Positions 32,917 to 43,629 of a DNA stretch of 64,000 nucleotides are shown in pieces. The notes below the pieces were generated by a model. That model was not told the DNA's origin. It did not search any database and was given only the letters and a program-made list of their open reading frames with translations. Both the position numbers and the translations under genes were made by a program. Origin of the DNA: Synechococcus sp. (GTDB lineage Bacteria; Cyanobacteriota; Cyanobacteriia; PCC-6307; Cyanobiaceae); assembly GCA_047284725.1 (NCBI GenBank), contig JBJBEO010000001.1:824203-888202 (forward strand), given 5' to 3'. Each line of letters begins with the position of its first letter. Within the stretch, counting starts at the first letter, position 1.

Positions 32917-35900
32917 CTACTTGGCTTCCATCCAGTTGTTGCCGCAGCCTGTTTCCACCACGAGGGGAACGCTCAGCTGAAGGGCATGCTCCATCGTCTG
33001 CACCACCAGTGTCCGAACCTCGTCGTGGGCAGCGGGGTCGACTTCGAGCACGAGTTCATCGTGTACCTGCAGCAGCAGCCGAGCCGGCAGCGCCTTTTGT
33101 TCAAGGGTCGTCTGGAGCTGCACCATCGCCAGCTTGATGATGTCGGCGCTGGAGCCCTGAATCGGTGCATTGGCGGCCGCCCGCAGTTGCTGCGCTTCCA
33201 TGCCACCGCGACGGGCCACATCGAGATCGATCTCCAGTGGGTCTTTGCCGAGCAGACGACCGAGACCATTGCGATCGAAATGGAAGGGCCGGCGGCGGCC
33301 AAGGATGGTTTCCACGTAGCCCTGGCTCAGTGCCAGGCGCTCCTGCAGTTCCAGGAAGGCAAACACGTTCGGGTAGCGCTGTTTGTATTTGGCGAGAAAC
33401 TCCTTGGCTTCCGCCTGACTGACGCCGGTTTCACGGGCGAAACGTTGGGCGCCCATCCCGTAGATCACACCGAAATTGATGGTTTTGCCCAGGCGCCGTT
33501 CATCGCTGCTCACGTCGTCTTTGTCGAGCAGTAAACGGGCTGTGAGGGCATGCACGTCCTCGCCGCTTTGATACGCCTGTTGGAGCACCTCTTCGCCGGA
33601 GAGATGGGTGAGGATGCGCAGCTCGATCTGGGAGTAATCGGCGCTCAGCAGTTGCCAGCCTTCCTGCGGCAGAAAAGCTTTGCGGATGCGGCGCGAAAAC
33701 TCCGTGCGCACGGGGATGTTCTGCAGGTTGGGGTTGCTGCTGCTGAGGCGGCCGGTGGCGGTCACCGCCTGGTTGAAATCGGTGTGCACCCGGCCCGTTT
33801 CGGCTTCCACCAGCTGGGGGAGGGCGTCCACGTACGTGCTCTTGAGCTTGCTCAGGACCCGATGCTCCAACAGCAAGGGCACCACGGGGTGGTCGCCCTC
33901 CAGTTTTTCCAGCACCGTGGCGTCGGTGCTCCAGCCGGTTTTGGTGCGCCGCGACTTCTTGCGATTGAGGCCGAGCGTGTCGAACAGCACCTCGCCCAAT
34001 TGTTTGGGCGAGGCGAGGTTGAAGCTGGTGCCTGCCACCTCCTGGGCTTCGGTTTCGAGACGCTCGAGCGTGGCACTCAGTTCTGCAGAGAGCGCGTTGA
34101 GATAGGGGACATCAATGCGGATCCCGGTTGCTTCCATCACGGCAAGCACCGGTTCCAGCGGCAGTTCCACCTGTTCCAGCAAGGCCGGTAGCCGCTCACC
34201 CATGCCATGGAGTTGGTGGTGCAGATCAAGAGCCAGGCGGCGGGTGAGATGCACATCCATGGCGCAGTAAAGCGCCGCTTGCGGGATCGGCACTTCAGCA
34301 AAATTGCTGGCTTTTCCGTCTTTGGCTTTGCCCACCAAATCGCTGAACAGGGTCGGCGTGATGCCGTACTCCCGCTCGGCCATCAGATCAAGGCTGTGTT
34401 TGGCCGCGGCATCCCGGAGGTAATCCGCCAGCAGGGTGTCCATCACCACCCCGGCGAGCATCAATCCATGACGGAGCAGGATCAGACGGTCGTACTTGGC
34501 GTTTTGAAGCGCCTTTGGGTGGTCTGCGCTGGCAAGCCAGGGGGCGAGCGCTTGCAGCACGGTCTCCAAGGCAAGCTGCTGACCTGGTGTCGGCGAGTCG
34601 TCGGATGCCGCTGCGTCGGAGGCGAGCGGTTCCTGGTCATCCCTGTGCCGGTGCCCGACGGGGAGGTATGCCAACTCAGTGCTCCCCGAACCCCAGCAGA
34701 CCCCCAGCCCCACCAGCTGAGCTCTGAATGGGTTGAGATCGGTGGTTTCGGTGTCGATGGCCACCGGTTGCTGGCGATCGCGGCATTGCTCCAACCGCTC
34801 CACCAGACCCTGAAGTTGATCGGTCGTCGTGATCACTTGCGGTTGCAACTGTGGCAGCGTCGGGCCTGATGGCGCGGCTGCATCGTCGACAACAGCGGCG
34901 TCGTTCTGGCTGGAGCTGGACTTGGATTGGTGCGTGGTGTCGCGCTCCAGCAGATGGCCATTGGCGTTCAGCCCACCCGGGGAGAAGGTGGCCACGAAGG
35001 CGGGAACCTGGCGCACCAGGCTGTTGAGCTCCAGGGCCTGGAGCCGTTCGGTGAGACCGTCGCCATCCACAGGCCCCAGTTCAAGCACGGGCTCCTGCGG
35101 CAGGGGGATATCCACGAGGATCTCGGCTAGCTGACGGGAGAGATAGGCGTTGTCGCGGTCATGGCTGAGCTTGCCCTTGAGCGCACCCTTGATCGCGCCG
35201 CGGCTGGCTTTGGGCCCTTCCTCCTCCACTTCGGCCAGCACCCGGTACACCGAATCCAGGTCTCCGTTCTCCTTCAGAAGGTTGATGGCGGTCTTGGGAC
35301 CGACCCCCTTCACACCAGGGATGTTGTCAGAGCTGTCACCGGTCAGGGCTTTGAGGTCGACGACCGAAGTCGGTGCGACGCCGAGCTTGGCGACGACGCC
35401 CTCTTCTTGAATCAGCGTCGGGCCGCTGCTCCTGGCATAGGGACCACCACCCATGTACATCACAGCGATGTCGCGGGCGTCATCCACGAGTTGAAACAGG
35501 TCGCGGTCGCCGCTGAGGATGCGGACACGCCAGCCTGCATCGGCGGCTCGATTGGCCAGGGTGCCCAGCACGTCATCCGCTTCAAAGCCGGGGGCGAGAC
35601 AGAGGGGCAGCTGCAGCTGTTCCCGCAGAATCTCCTGCAGTTGGTTGAGGTCCTGGAAGAAGACCTCAGGCGCCACATCTCGGTGCGCCTTGTAATTCGG
35701 GTCTGCTTTGTGCCGAAAGGTTGGCTCCGCCGTGTCGAAGGCGATGGCCACCCCTTGAGGGGTCAGGGTTTTGCAATTGTCGAGCAGGGCTTTGAGAAAG
35801 CCGTAGGTCACGCTCGTGGGAATGCCGTCCTTGGTGGCAAGCCCCCCTTCGCCCCCCTTGCTGAAGGCGTAGAAGCTGCGGAAGGCCAACGAGTGGCCGT

Positions 35901-35940
35901 CCACCAGCAGCAGCAGGGGTTTGTCGTTGGGGGTGCTCAT
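32917..35940 (-). CDS. polA: DNA polymerase I
   Basis: LVDGHSLAFR 5'-3' exonuclease, DTET 3'-5' exonuclease, ADYSQIELR, QVHDEL. Confidence 0.98.
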   Translation of the reverse strand: MSTPNDKPLLLLVDGHSLAFRSFYAFSKGGEGGLATKDGIPTSVTYGFLKALLDNCKTLTPQGVAIAFDTAEPTFRHKADPNYKAHRDVAPEVFFQDLNQLQEILREQLQLPLCLAPGFEADDVLGTLANRAADAGWRVRILSGDRDLFQLVDDARDIAVMYMGGGPYARSSGPTLIQEEGVVAKLGVAPTSVVDLKALTGDSSDNIPGVKGVGPKTAINLLKENGDLDSVYRVLAEVEEEGPKASRGAIKGALKGKLSHDRDNAYLSRQLAEILVDIPLPQEPVLELGPVDGDGLTERLQALELNSLVRQVPAFVATFSPGGLNANGHLLERDTTHQSKSSSSQNDAAVVDDAAAPSGPTLPQLQPQVITTTDQLQGLVERLEQCRDRQQPVAIDTETTDLNPFRAQLVGLGVCWGSGSTELAYLPVGHRHRDDQEPLASDAAASDDSPTPGQQLALETVLQALAPWLASADHPKALQNAKYDRLILLRHGLMLAGVVMDTLLADYLRDAAAKHSLDLMAEREYGITPTLFSDLVGKAKDGKASNFAEVPIPQAALYCAMDVHLTRRLALDLHHQLHGMGERLPALLEQVELPLEPVLAVMEATGIRIDVPYLNALSAELSATLERLETEAQEVAGTSFNLASPKQLGEVLFDTLGLNRKKSRRTKTGWSTDATVLEKLEGDHPVVPLLLEHRVLSKLKSTYVDALPQLVEAETGRVHTDFNQAVTATGRLSSSNPNLQNIPVRTEFSRRIRKAFLPQEGWQLLSADYSQIELRILTHLSGEEVLQQAYQSGEDVHALTARLLLDKDDVSSDERRLGKTINFGVIYGMGAQRFARETGVSQAEAKEFLAKYKQRYPNVFAFLELQERLALSQGYVETILGRRRPFHFDRNGLGRLLGKDPLEIDLDVARRGGMEAQQLRAAANAPIQGSSADIIKLAMVQLQTTLEQKALPARLLLQVHDELVLEVDPAAHDEVRTLVVQTMEHALQLSVPLVVETGCGNNWMEAK

Positions 35941-35981
35941 CGCTGAAGGGTGATGACGCAGCAGCCTCTCAGGCTGACAGC

Positions 35982-37157
35982 TCAGTCGCGTTGTTTCGCC
36001 CAAGGCGGCAGATCGATGAACACGGGCGTGCCGGATTGGAGGCCATTGACGATCGCCGTCTGACTGCCACTGCTGGAACCCAGTTCCACCGCCTGAAAGC
36101 TGGGTTGATTGTTGTCGCCCACCAGCAGAACACCTGGTTGGCCGTTCTCTGTGACGATCGCCACGGTGGGCACAAGCGTGCTTGCGGGCGTTCGTCCTGT
36201 CTGGAAGTCGACATCCACGGTCATGCCGATGCGAAGGTCAGAGGTGGCATTGACAAGGTCGAGTTCCACCTCAAAGGAGGTGACATTGTCAGTTTTGATC
36301 GCACGAGGGGCGATTTCCCGGACCTTGGCTTCGAAGCGTTGATCCGGGAACGCGTCGACGCGCACCATCGCTGTCTGGCCGACGCGGATGCGGCCGATGT
36401 CGCTCTCCGGCACCTTGGCCGCCACCTCAAGCCCCTCGGACAGTTCAACGATGGAAGAGCTGGTGGCGCCAGCGGTGGCAGAGGCGGTGGTGGTGGGCGT
36501 CACAAAAGCACCAGGCTCGGCAAAACGCTCGGTGACCAGTCCCGCAAAGGGCGCACGGATCAGGAGGTCGCTGCCTTCCACTCCCCGTTGCTCGATCCGT
36601 TCGTTCGCAGCGGTTAACGCGGCTTTGCTGGAGAGATAACGGGCTTTGTAGTCGTCGAGCTCGGCGGCGCTGATGGCGCCGCGGTCAAACAAGGTCTGGC
36701 GACGCTGGTAATCAGCCTGGCGGGCGTCGTAATCGGCCTGGGCCTGACGCCGCAGAGCTTCGAGTTCATCCAGCCGGTCGCGGAAATCTCCGGGGTCCAT
36801 GCGGGCCAGCAACTGCCCCTGAACCACCGCATCACCCTCATTCACCAGCAGGCTCTGCAGCAAGCCCTGCCGTTTGGGACTCACGTTGACACGCCTGACG
36901 GCCTCGAGCTCACCGCTCGCGGTGATCACCCCAGGAAGCGAGCCGTTTTCCGCCTTCACGGTGTAAGCGCTGACATCACGTGAGCCGTTGCGACCTGGCC
37001 CGAGCATCCAGATCGCTCCTCCGCCCACCACCAGGACAGCACCAGCGATCCACGCCCATGTGCGGCGGCGGCGGCGGCGTTGAAGACTGAGCTGGCGCAA
37101 AGCCGTCACGGTCCCGTCCGTGACTTGGGCAGGGCGCTGGCGGGTTGATGGGGCCAT
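35982..37157 (-). CDS. RND efflux periplasmic adaptor (MFP)
   Basis: N-terminal TM, VNEGDAV, IRAPFAG, VRVDAFP. Confidence 0.9.
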   Translation of the reverse strand: MAPSTRQRPAQVTDGTVTALRQLSLQRRRRRRTWAWIAGAVLVVGGGAIWMLGPGRNGSRDVSAYTVKAENGSLPGVITASGELEAVRRVNVSPKRQGLLQSLLVNEGDAVVQGQLLARMDPGDFRDRLDELEALRRQAQADYDARQADYQRRQTLFDRGAISAAELDDYKARYLSSKAALTAANERIEQRGVEGSDLLIRAPFAGLVTERFAEPGAFVTPTTTASATAGATSSSIVELSEGLEVAAKVPESDIGRIRVGQTAMVRVDAFPDQRFEAKVREIAPRAIKTDNVTSFEVELDLVNATSDLRIGMTVDVDFQTGRTPASTLVPTVAIVTENGQPGVLLVGDNNQPSFQAVELGSSSGSQTAIVNGLQSGTPVFIDLPPWAKQRD

Positions 37158-37260
37158 GGCCCTGGCTCCTTCATTGTTCTCAACAGTCTCGCGCGTCGAA
37201 GGCCCTGGTTGCGGTCAGGTGTGCAGATCCATCGAGTGCGACCCCAGGTAGATTCCCGCG

Positions 37261-38352
37261 ATGCTTAAAGCCGGAATCGTTGGCCTCCCCAACGTTGGGA
37301 AGTCGACCCTCTTCAACGCCCTGGTCGCCAACGCACAGGCCCAGGCCGCCAATTTTCCCTTCTGCACCATTGAGCCCAATGTCGGCACGGTGGCTGTGCC
37401 TGATGATCGCTTGCAGAAACTGTCGGATCTGAGCAACAGCCGGGAGCTCATCCCCACCCGGATGGAATTTGTTGATATCGCTGGCTTGGTGAAAGGTGCC
37501 AGTCAGGGCGAAGGTCTGGGCAACAAATTCCTGGCAAACATTCGCGAAGTCGACGCCATTGTGCATGTGGTGCGCTGTTTTGAAGACGACGATGTGATTC
37601 ATGTTTCAGGCGCTGTGGGCCCCGCCCGTGATGCCGAGGTGATCAACCTTGAGCTTGGTCTGGCGGATCTGGCCCAGATCGAAAAGCGCCGTGAGCGCCT
37701 CAAGAAACAGATGCGCACCAGCAAAGAGGCGCAGGTGGAGGATGCGGCCCTCGAGCGCATTCAAGAAGTGCTGGAGCAAGGTGGCGCGGCTCGCAGTGTG
37801 GAGCTGAGTGATGAAGAGATGGGACTGATCAAGCCCCTTGGATTGCTCACGGCGAAGCCGATCATTTATGCCACCAATGTCAGTGAAGACGATCTGGCCT
37901 CCGGCAATTCCTACTGCGAGGAAGTGCTGGCCCTGGCCGAGAAAGAGGGGGCTGAAACCGTCCGCATTTCCGCTCAGGTGGAAGCGGAGTTGATCGAGCT
38001 CGGCGATGACGAGCGTGCTGATTACCTGGAAGGTCTTGGCGTGAGCGAAGGAGGTCTGCAGAGTTTGATTCGGGCAACCTATCGGTTGTTAGGGCTTCGC
38101 ACATACTTCACCACTGGCGAGAAGGAAACCCGTGCCTGGACCTTCCGAGCGGGCATGACTGCTCCGCAGACGGCTGGAGTGATTCACACCGACTTCGAAC
38201 GTGGCTTCATTCGTGCTCAGACCATCGGCTGGGAGAAACTCCTGGAAGCAGGATCGTTGGCTGAAGCACGCAACAAAGGTTGGCTGCGCAGTGAAGGCAA
38301 GGAGTACGTCGTTGAAGAGGGCGACGTGATGGAGTTTCTGTTCAACGTCTGA
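37261..38352 (+). CDS. ychF: Redox-regulated ATPase YchF
   Basis: [34 protein letters not shown]. Confidence 0.98.
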   Translation: MLKAGIVGLPNVGKSTLFNALVANAQAQAANFPFCTIEPNVGTVAVPDDRLQKLSDLSNSRELIPTRMEFVDIAGLVKGASQGEGLGNKFLANIREVDAIVHVVRCFEDDDVIHVSGAVGPARDAEVINLELGLADLAQIEKRRERLKKQMRTSKEAQVEDAALERIQEVLEQGGAARSVELSDEEMGLIKPLGLLTAKPIIYATNVSEDDLASGNSYCEEVLALAEKEGAETVRISAQVEAELIELGDDERADYLEGLGVSEGGLQSLIRATYRLLGLRTYFTTGEKETRAWTFRAGMTAPQTAGVIHTDFERGFIRAQTIGWEKLLEAGSLAEARNKGWLRSEGKEYVVEEGDVMEFLFNV

Positions 38353-38781
38353 ATCAGGGGCGTTGAGGGAAGCGATGGCTGGACTGCTGCTGTGGCGTAA
38401 GAGCTGCGGCGATCCCGATCAGATCAGGTCTTTGGCACTGCTTCCGATCTCAGCTGGCGGCTGCCGGGAGTCTTGCTCTGAGGTCCAATCGGCCCAGGGC
38501 TTCCAGGCTGGCTCTGTGGCTGGTACGGCCGCTTCCACCAAGGCATTGTCCGTCCAGTAGTCGGGGGACTCGAGGATGCCGAGATGCAAGAGACAGGCTG
38601 GTCCAGTCGACACGACTGAGGTCTACAGATTTTCTTCAGCATGGCCTGGCTCATCGCTCCGTGGCAACCTCTGGCGATCAGGTCGGACGAGCCTCTGATT
38701 CGGTCAAGCCGATTGTCTGATCCCATTACGGCTCACTGTCTGAACACACGCCGCAGCCCGTTGCTTGAGCGCTTGCTCTGT

Positions 38782-39021
38782 TTATTGGGGGGTGTTGTTG
38801 AGGTTGGCCCGATAGGTTTTGCAGTGATAGGACGAGTGTTTGACGCGCGTGTTGGCGTTGTTGGCACAGTTGAAACCTTCCCTGAATGAGGCACGCTTGG
38901 CCTCATCCAGTTGCGCAATGCCCAGCACTCCAAGCGCAATCAGCACCACTAACGCAATCCCCGCACCAGTGCCTTGGGGGTAAAGCCTCGGAAGTGTTGG
39001 CTGACGCACGTTCTTGGGCAT
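38782..39021 (-). CDS. Hypothetical membrane-anchored protein (possibly truncated)
   Basis: Single hydrophobic segment GIALVVLIALGVLGIA. Confidence 0.4.
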   Translation of the reverse strand: MPKNVRQPTLPRLYPQGTGAGIALVVLIALGVLGIAQLDEAKRASFREGFNCANNANTRVKHSSYHCKTYRANLNNTPQ

Positions 39022-39090
39022 GGGCAGAGTGGTTGTGACGTCTGGAGTGTGATGAACGTCTGAATTACTTCAACTGAACCGCAGGCTCCA

Positions 39091-39453
39091 TCACCATGTC
39101 GCCTTTTTGAGCGATTGATAGGTCTTCCATGTCAGGTCATTGTCGAGGCCTGCCACACCAAGAACGGTGACACCCATTTTTTGATCGCACTCAATTTCCA
39201 CGGATAAATACTCATTGGTGCTGTATCCGGACACCTTGCCGACTCGGTGCTTTGTTGAAAGGGTGTCGTCGTAGAACGAATCAATTCCCTCTTTCTGGAT
39301 TGCTTTTTTTGCTCCCGCAAGGCAATCCTCCACCTTGCCGCCGTGGGAGAAGGAGGTGACATACAGAAACGGTTTGGCGTTCACTGCGGGGGCGACTGCG
39401 AGCAGCACGGTGAACAGTGCACCCGTGGTGACGGTCAGTTTTGATTGGAACAT
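39091..39453 (-). CDS. Hypothetical secreted protein
   Basis: Signal peptide ending AVNA-K; two Cys; visibly more AT-rich than the flanks. Confidence 0.7.
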   Translation of the reverse strand: MFQSKLTVTTGALFTVLLAVAPAVNAKPFLYVTSFSHGGKVEDCLAGAKKAIQKEGIDSFYDDTLSTKHRVGKVSGYSTNEYLSVEIECDQKMGVTVLGVAGLDNDLTWKTYQSLKKATW

Positions 39454-39571
39454 CGCACCTGGGTGAAAACGCTTGAGCACCGTTGAGGGCATGGGATGGT
39501 CGTCGAGCTTGGGAATTGTCGCTCACCTTCAGACCACGGTCTTGGCGTCATCCCGCACGTTGAAGCCTGCA

Positions 39572-40948
39572 CTACCTCCTCCGCGGCTGTTGACGCGATC
39601 CCACAGGATCGCTCGATTCTTCAGGGATCCCCCCAGCCCCAAGGCTGGGTTCATCAAGCGAAGCTTGCAAAGGAAGAGCAGCGAGACCTGCCGTGTAGCG
39701 CGGTCGTACGCCATCGAGCAGAGGCAGGCTGAACAGGCAAAGGGCTGCCATCAGTAACCACAGCAAAAGACCGTGCCCTTGACTGTCAAGCAATGCGCCA
39801 GCCACCAGTGGTGCCCCGGTGGCACTGATGGCAAAGCATTGCGAGAACAACGCCATGGCGACCCCTCGATGCTCCAGAGGCGTTTCTTCAACCATGGCCT
39901 CTGCCGCTGTCGGTAGGAAGGCGGCTTTGCCGAAGGCCATTGGCAGCACTGCCAAAGCAATCAGGCTGACGCCACCACTCCAGAGGGCTGAGCACGCCAA
40001 AAGCACGCAGCCCGCAGCAAAGCTGCACAGGCCAATGCCCAATCCAAAGCGCAGGCTGCGTTGGGAGACCCAGTTCCCGACGGGCCACTGGAGCACCACC
40101 AGCCAGCCCAGTTCAAGGGCAAGAAGGGCGCCGCTCCAGGCTTCACTCAACGCGGGCCGTTCCAGGCCTCCGCGCACCAGATCGAGCGGCAGGGCACTTT
40201 GCAGCAGGGAGATCATTCCTGTCGCCACGATGCTCACCGCCAGGACGGGCACGAGTGGCACAAGCCACTGGAAACGTTGATGTGGTTCGGGCCGACGCGT
40301 CTGCTCTGCACCAACGGCATCCAGGTCTTGGTCGGTGATCAACGCCCGCCGTCCGTCGGGGAGCGGGCGCCAGGCCAGCACCACCAGCATGGTGAGGACG
40401 GCCATGGCCTCCACGACATACACCGCGCGAATCACGCCAAGAGCGGCCAGCAGTGCTCCACCCAGGGCACCGATGGCCACCCCGAAGGCATCGGCGCTGC
40501 GGGCCAGGGCATAGCCGCGGCTTGATGGACATCCGCCGCTGCTGAGGGGAACAGCCAATTCAATGGCTGGAAAATAGAGCCCTGCTGCAATGCCGATCAG
40601 CATCTGGCCGCAGAGGTAGCCGCTGAAGCTGGAGCTGGGCAGCAGCACCAGATCAGCCAGCAGTGCCAACACGGCCGCCGCGCGAACAGGCCAGGAGCAA
40701 CTCAGCCCTCGATCGAGCAGAACGCCGCAGAGCAGACGCACCACAGTGCCCACCAAGGCTGCCGCTGCCAGACCTTGTCCCACCTGGCTGGCGCTCAGGT
40801 CGACATGGTGAAAGATGATCGGGGTCATATAGATGACGCCACCCGCTCCGATCGAAGCGAGCAGACGGATCCACGCCACTTCCTGCAGCGCTGCGGGAAA
40901 CTGGTTCCACCAGTTCAAGGGCCTTGGCCTTGCGACGACGACGCTCAA
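39572..40948 (-). CDS. MFS transporter
   Basis: ~12 hydrophobic segments, GVLLDRG motif A-like; start uncertain. Confidence 0.85.
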   Translation of the reverse strand: MSVVVARPRPLNWWNQFPAALQEVAWIRLLASIGAGGVIYMTPIIFHHVDLSASQVGQGLAAAALVGTVVRLLCGVLLDRGLSCSWPVRAAAVLALLADLVLLPSSSFSGYLCGQMLIGIAAGLYFPAIELAVPLSSGGCPSSRGYALARSADAFGVAIGALGGALLAALGVIRAVYVVEAMAVLTMLVVLAWRPLPDGRRALITDQDLDAVGAEQTRRPEPHQRFQWLVPLVPVLAVSIVATGMISLLQSALPLDLVRGGLERPALSEAWSGALLALELGWLVVLQWPVGNWVSQRSLRFGLGIGLCSFAAGCVLLACSALWSGGVSLIALAVLPMAFGKAAFLPTAAEAMVEETPLEHRGVAMALFSQCFAISATGAPLVAGALLDSQGHGLLLWLLMAALCLFSLPLLDGVRPRYTAGLAALPLQASLDEPSLGAGGIPEESSDPVGSRQQPRRR

Positions 40949-42579
40949 CAGGACGACCCACGCGTTGGTGGGCGGAGAAGGGAGTGGTGTGCAGTCTGGT
41001 GGTTTCGTTGCTGACACCGCTGACGGCCCCCGCCTCCTTGCGGGCTGCTGAACAGCTGGAGGTGAGCATCGATGGGGTTGTGATCCCTGTTGAAATCAAC
41101 GATTTGCTCGCCTGGGCTCGTTCGGATGGGGAGTCCAACACTGAATTGGGAATCTGGCTGGATCTGATGGACCCAGCCAGCAGAAAGGGCATGCTTGAGC
41201 TGCTGCAGGCACCGTTGATCACGGATCGCAGCATGGCCCGTCAGATGCTGAAGAGTTGGGCCGGCCGGCGGCTGGTGGATGAAGTGGCCGACCTGGTGCA
41301 GGTCGATGACGACACGGTGGGCGTCACGGTGCTCAATACGCTCGAGCGCTTGCTCAACCGTCAGCCGCAGGTCAACAGCCTGGATCTGCTCGAAGCGTTG
41401 CCCGCCGAACGCGTGCGCCTCGATCTCGACGGCCTGGTGGATGCGGCCGATCAATGGCGCCAGCAACTCCAGCAGCAGCAGGCCCTGGTGCGGCGGCTCG
41501 ATCGGATCCCCATCAAGGTCGCCGATCCGGCCCTTGCAGTTGTTTCAGAGCAGGGGTCCGTCGCACAACCGGAGCAGCAGCTCTTGCCTGTGCTCCATCG
41601 CCGGCGACCGTTGCAGCTTCAGCTCTGGCAACCCACCCAGGGGATGCGTTCCCGTCTAGGCCATCAGCGACGCACCTGGATTGTGCTGATGCCCGGGTTG
41701 GGCGGAAGCCCCGACCATTTCCGCTGGCTTGGACGCCTCTTGCGTGCCAATGGCTGGCCCGTGGTGGTGCTCGAGCATCCCGGCAGCGATGCCGAAGCGG
41801 TGGATGCCTGGTTGCAGGGGAAAAGGCCTCCCCCGGGAGCAGAGGTGCTGCCCGATCGCCTCAAGGATCTCGACGCCGTTCTCGAGGCCAAGGCCTCTGG
41901 GGTGCTGCCTGTGGAGGGTGAGCGGTTGGTGCTGATCGGCCATTCCCTTGGTTCGCTCACCGCCTTGCTGGCCAGTGGACTGCGGCCTCGGTCGGGCCTG
42001 GATTGGCGATGTCAAAGGGCTCTTGATGACCTTCCCCTCAGCAATCTCTCCCGTTTGCTGCAGTGTCAGTTGACGGCCGTGAGCCTTCCCGAGAGCAAGG
42101 CCCCGGCTCAACTGGCGGGGGTGGTGGGCATGAACAGTTTCGGCAGCCTGCTCTGGCCGCGAAGGCGGCCTCAGCCCCTGCCCGTTCCGGCACTGTTCAC
42201 CGGAGGCACCCTCGATCTGATCACCCCGCCTCTGCAGGAGCAGCTGGAGCTCCTGCTGGCCACTGCGCCACAGCCCGGCAGTGCTGCGGTCCTGGTGGCA
42301 GGCGCGAGCCACTTCTCTCCGATCCGTGTGGAGGGGCAGGACGGCGACGGCCAGGGGGATGATCTCTTCCGGCTAGGGGAGGAGCTGGTGGGGGTGCAGC
42401 CGCTTGAGGTGCAGGCCTTGCTGGCCGACGAAATCGTGTCCTTTCTGGAAAGGATCGAGGCCAACAGCATGGCTTCAGAGCCTTTGGCTGCGGACGTTGG
42501 CCATCTCCATCGTCAGGTGGGCGAGCTGCATGTGCACCGCATCGATGCGAGCGCTGCGGCCGGGTTGATCAGTGAGTAG
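40924..42579 (+). CDS. Alpha/beta hydrolase with N-terminal DUF1400-like domain
   Basis: Signal plus AAEQL, PGLGG, HPGSD, GHSLG, GASHFS; start uncertain. Confidence 0.85.
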   Translation: MALRRRRSTGRPTRWWAEKGVVCSLVVSLLTPLTAPASLRAAEQLEVSIDGVVIPVEINDLLAWARSDGESNTELGIWLDLMDPASRKGMLELLQAPLITDRSMARQMLKSWAGRRLVDEVADLVQVDDDTVGVTVLNTLERLLNRQPQVNSLDLLEALPAERVRLDLDGLVDAADQWRQQLQQQQALVRRLDRIPIKVADPALAVVSEQGSVAQPEQQLLPVLHRRRPLQLQLWQPTQGMRSRLGHQRRTWIVLMPGLGGSPDHFRWLGRLLRANGWPVVVLEHPGSDAEAVDAWLQGKRPPPGAEVLPDRLKDLDAVLEAKASGVLPVEGERLVLIGHSLGSLTALLASGLRPRSGLDWRCQRALDDLPLSNLSRLLQCQLTAVSLPESKAPAQLAGVVGMNSFGSLLWPRRRPQPLPVPALFTGGTLDLITPPLQEQLELLLATAPQPGSAAVLVAGASHFSPIRVEGQDGDGQGDDLFRLGEELVGVQPLEVQALLADEIVSFLERIEANSMASEPLAADVGHLHRQVGELHVHRIDASAAAGLISE

Positions 42580-42609
42580 GGCCTTGTCGACGACGTCCTT
42601 GTGAGGAGC

Positions 42610-43629
42610 TCAGTAGCGGACCCGGGGATCGAGCAGAGCCACCAGCAGATCGACCATCACACTCACCATCACCACCAGGGCAGCCACCACCACCACAATC
42701 CCCTGCACCACGGGGTAGTCGCGCTGGTTGATGCTCTCCTGAAGCCGAAGGGCGATGCCAGGCCAGGAGAAGGTTACCTCAATCAGAAGGGCGCCACCGA
42801 TCAGGGACGCCACAGTGATGCCGGCGATGGTGAGGACCGGCAACATGGCATTGGGCAGGGCATGGCGCAGCACCACCTGGGCTTCACTGAGGCCGCGGCT
42901 CCTGGCCGCTTCCACGTAATCCGATCGCAAGGCCCGGCGCAGATTGAGGCGCAGCGCATTGGTGAACACGCCGCTGAGGAGAAGCCCCAGGGTGCAGGCC
43001 GGCAACACCAGATGGCGCAGGGCGCCGTTGAGGGCAACCCAGTCACCACTGATCAGGCTGTCGAGCAGCAGGAAGCCACTGCCACTGGGAGGGAGGAGGC
43101 TGGGGGGAAACCGTCCCCCCACAGGCAACCATCCCAGAATCACGGCAAAGAGCAGCTGCACCAGCATCGCCACCCAGAAAGGAGGCAGGGCGTAGGTGCC
43201 GATTCCGTAGAAACGACCGGCCAGATCGAGCTTGCCTTCAGGGCGGGCAATGCCGCTGAAACCCACGGCGAGGCCACTCACAGCTGCCACCAGCAGGGCC
43301 GTGAGACTGAGCTCAAGGCTGGCCGGCAGGGCTTTGGCAATGATCTGGCCCACCGGTTCCTGGTTGATCAGGGCTGAACCCAGGTCGCCATGAAGCAAAC
43401 CGTTGATGAAATCACCGTATTGCTGGAGTAAGGGCTGATCGAGACCGAGCCGTTCCCGCAGCAGGGCCTTGGCGGCGGCCGGGGCGCGGCTGCCCAGCAC
43501 GGCATCCACTGGATCGCCCGGGGCCACCCGCAGCAGCAGAAACACCAGCGTGGCGATCAGCCACAGCATCACGGGTGCCAGCGCCAGCCTGGTGGCGCAA
43601 TACCGCAGCAATTCACGCCCCCGTGCCAT
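42610..43629 (-). CDS. Peptide/nickel ABC transporter permease (DppB-like)
   Basis: PGDPV, YVEAARSRG EAA motif, RDYPVVQG. Confidence 0.92.
   Translation of the reverse strand: MARGRELLRYCATRLALAPVMLWLIATLVFLLLRVAPGDPVDAVLGSRAPAAAKALLRERLGLDQPLLQQYGDFINGLLHGDLGSALINQEPVGQIIAKALPASLELSLTALLVAAVSGLAVGFSGIARPEGKLDLAGRFYGIGTYALPPFWVAMLVQLLFAVILGWLPVGGRFPPSLLPPSGSGFLLLDSLISGDWVALNGALRHLVLPACTLGLLLSGVFTNALRLNLRRALRSDYVEAARSRGLSEAQVVLRHALPNAMLPVLTIAGITVASLIGGALLIEVTFSWPGIALRLQESINQRDYPVVQGIVVVVAALVVMVSVMVDLLVALLDPRVRY

Noticed and set aside
38419..38726. Overlapping short ORFs after ychF
   Set aside because: No frame is clearly preferred and there are no motifs; probably degraded sequence.
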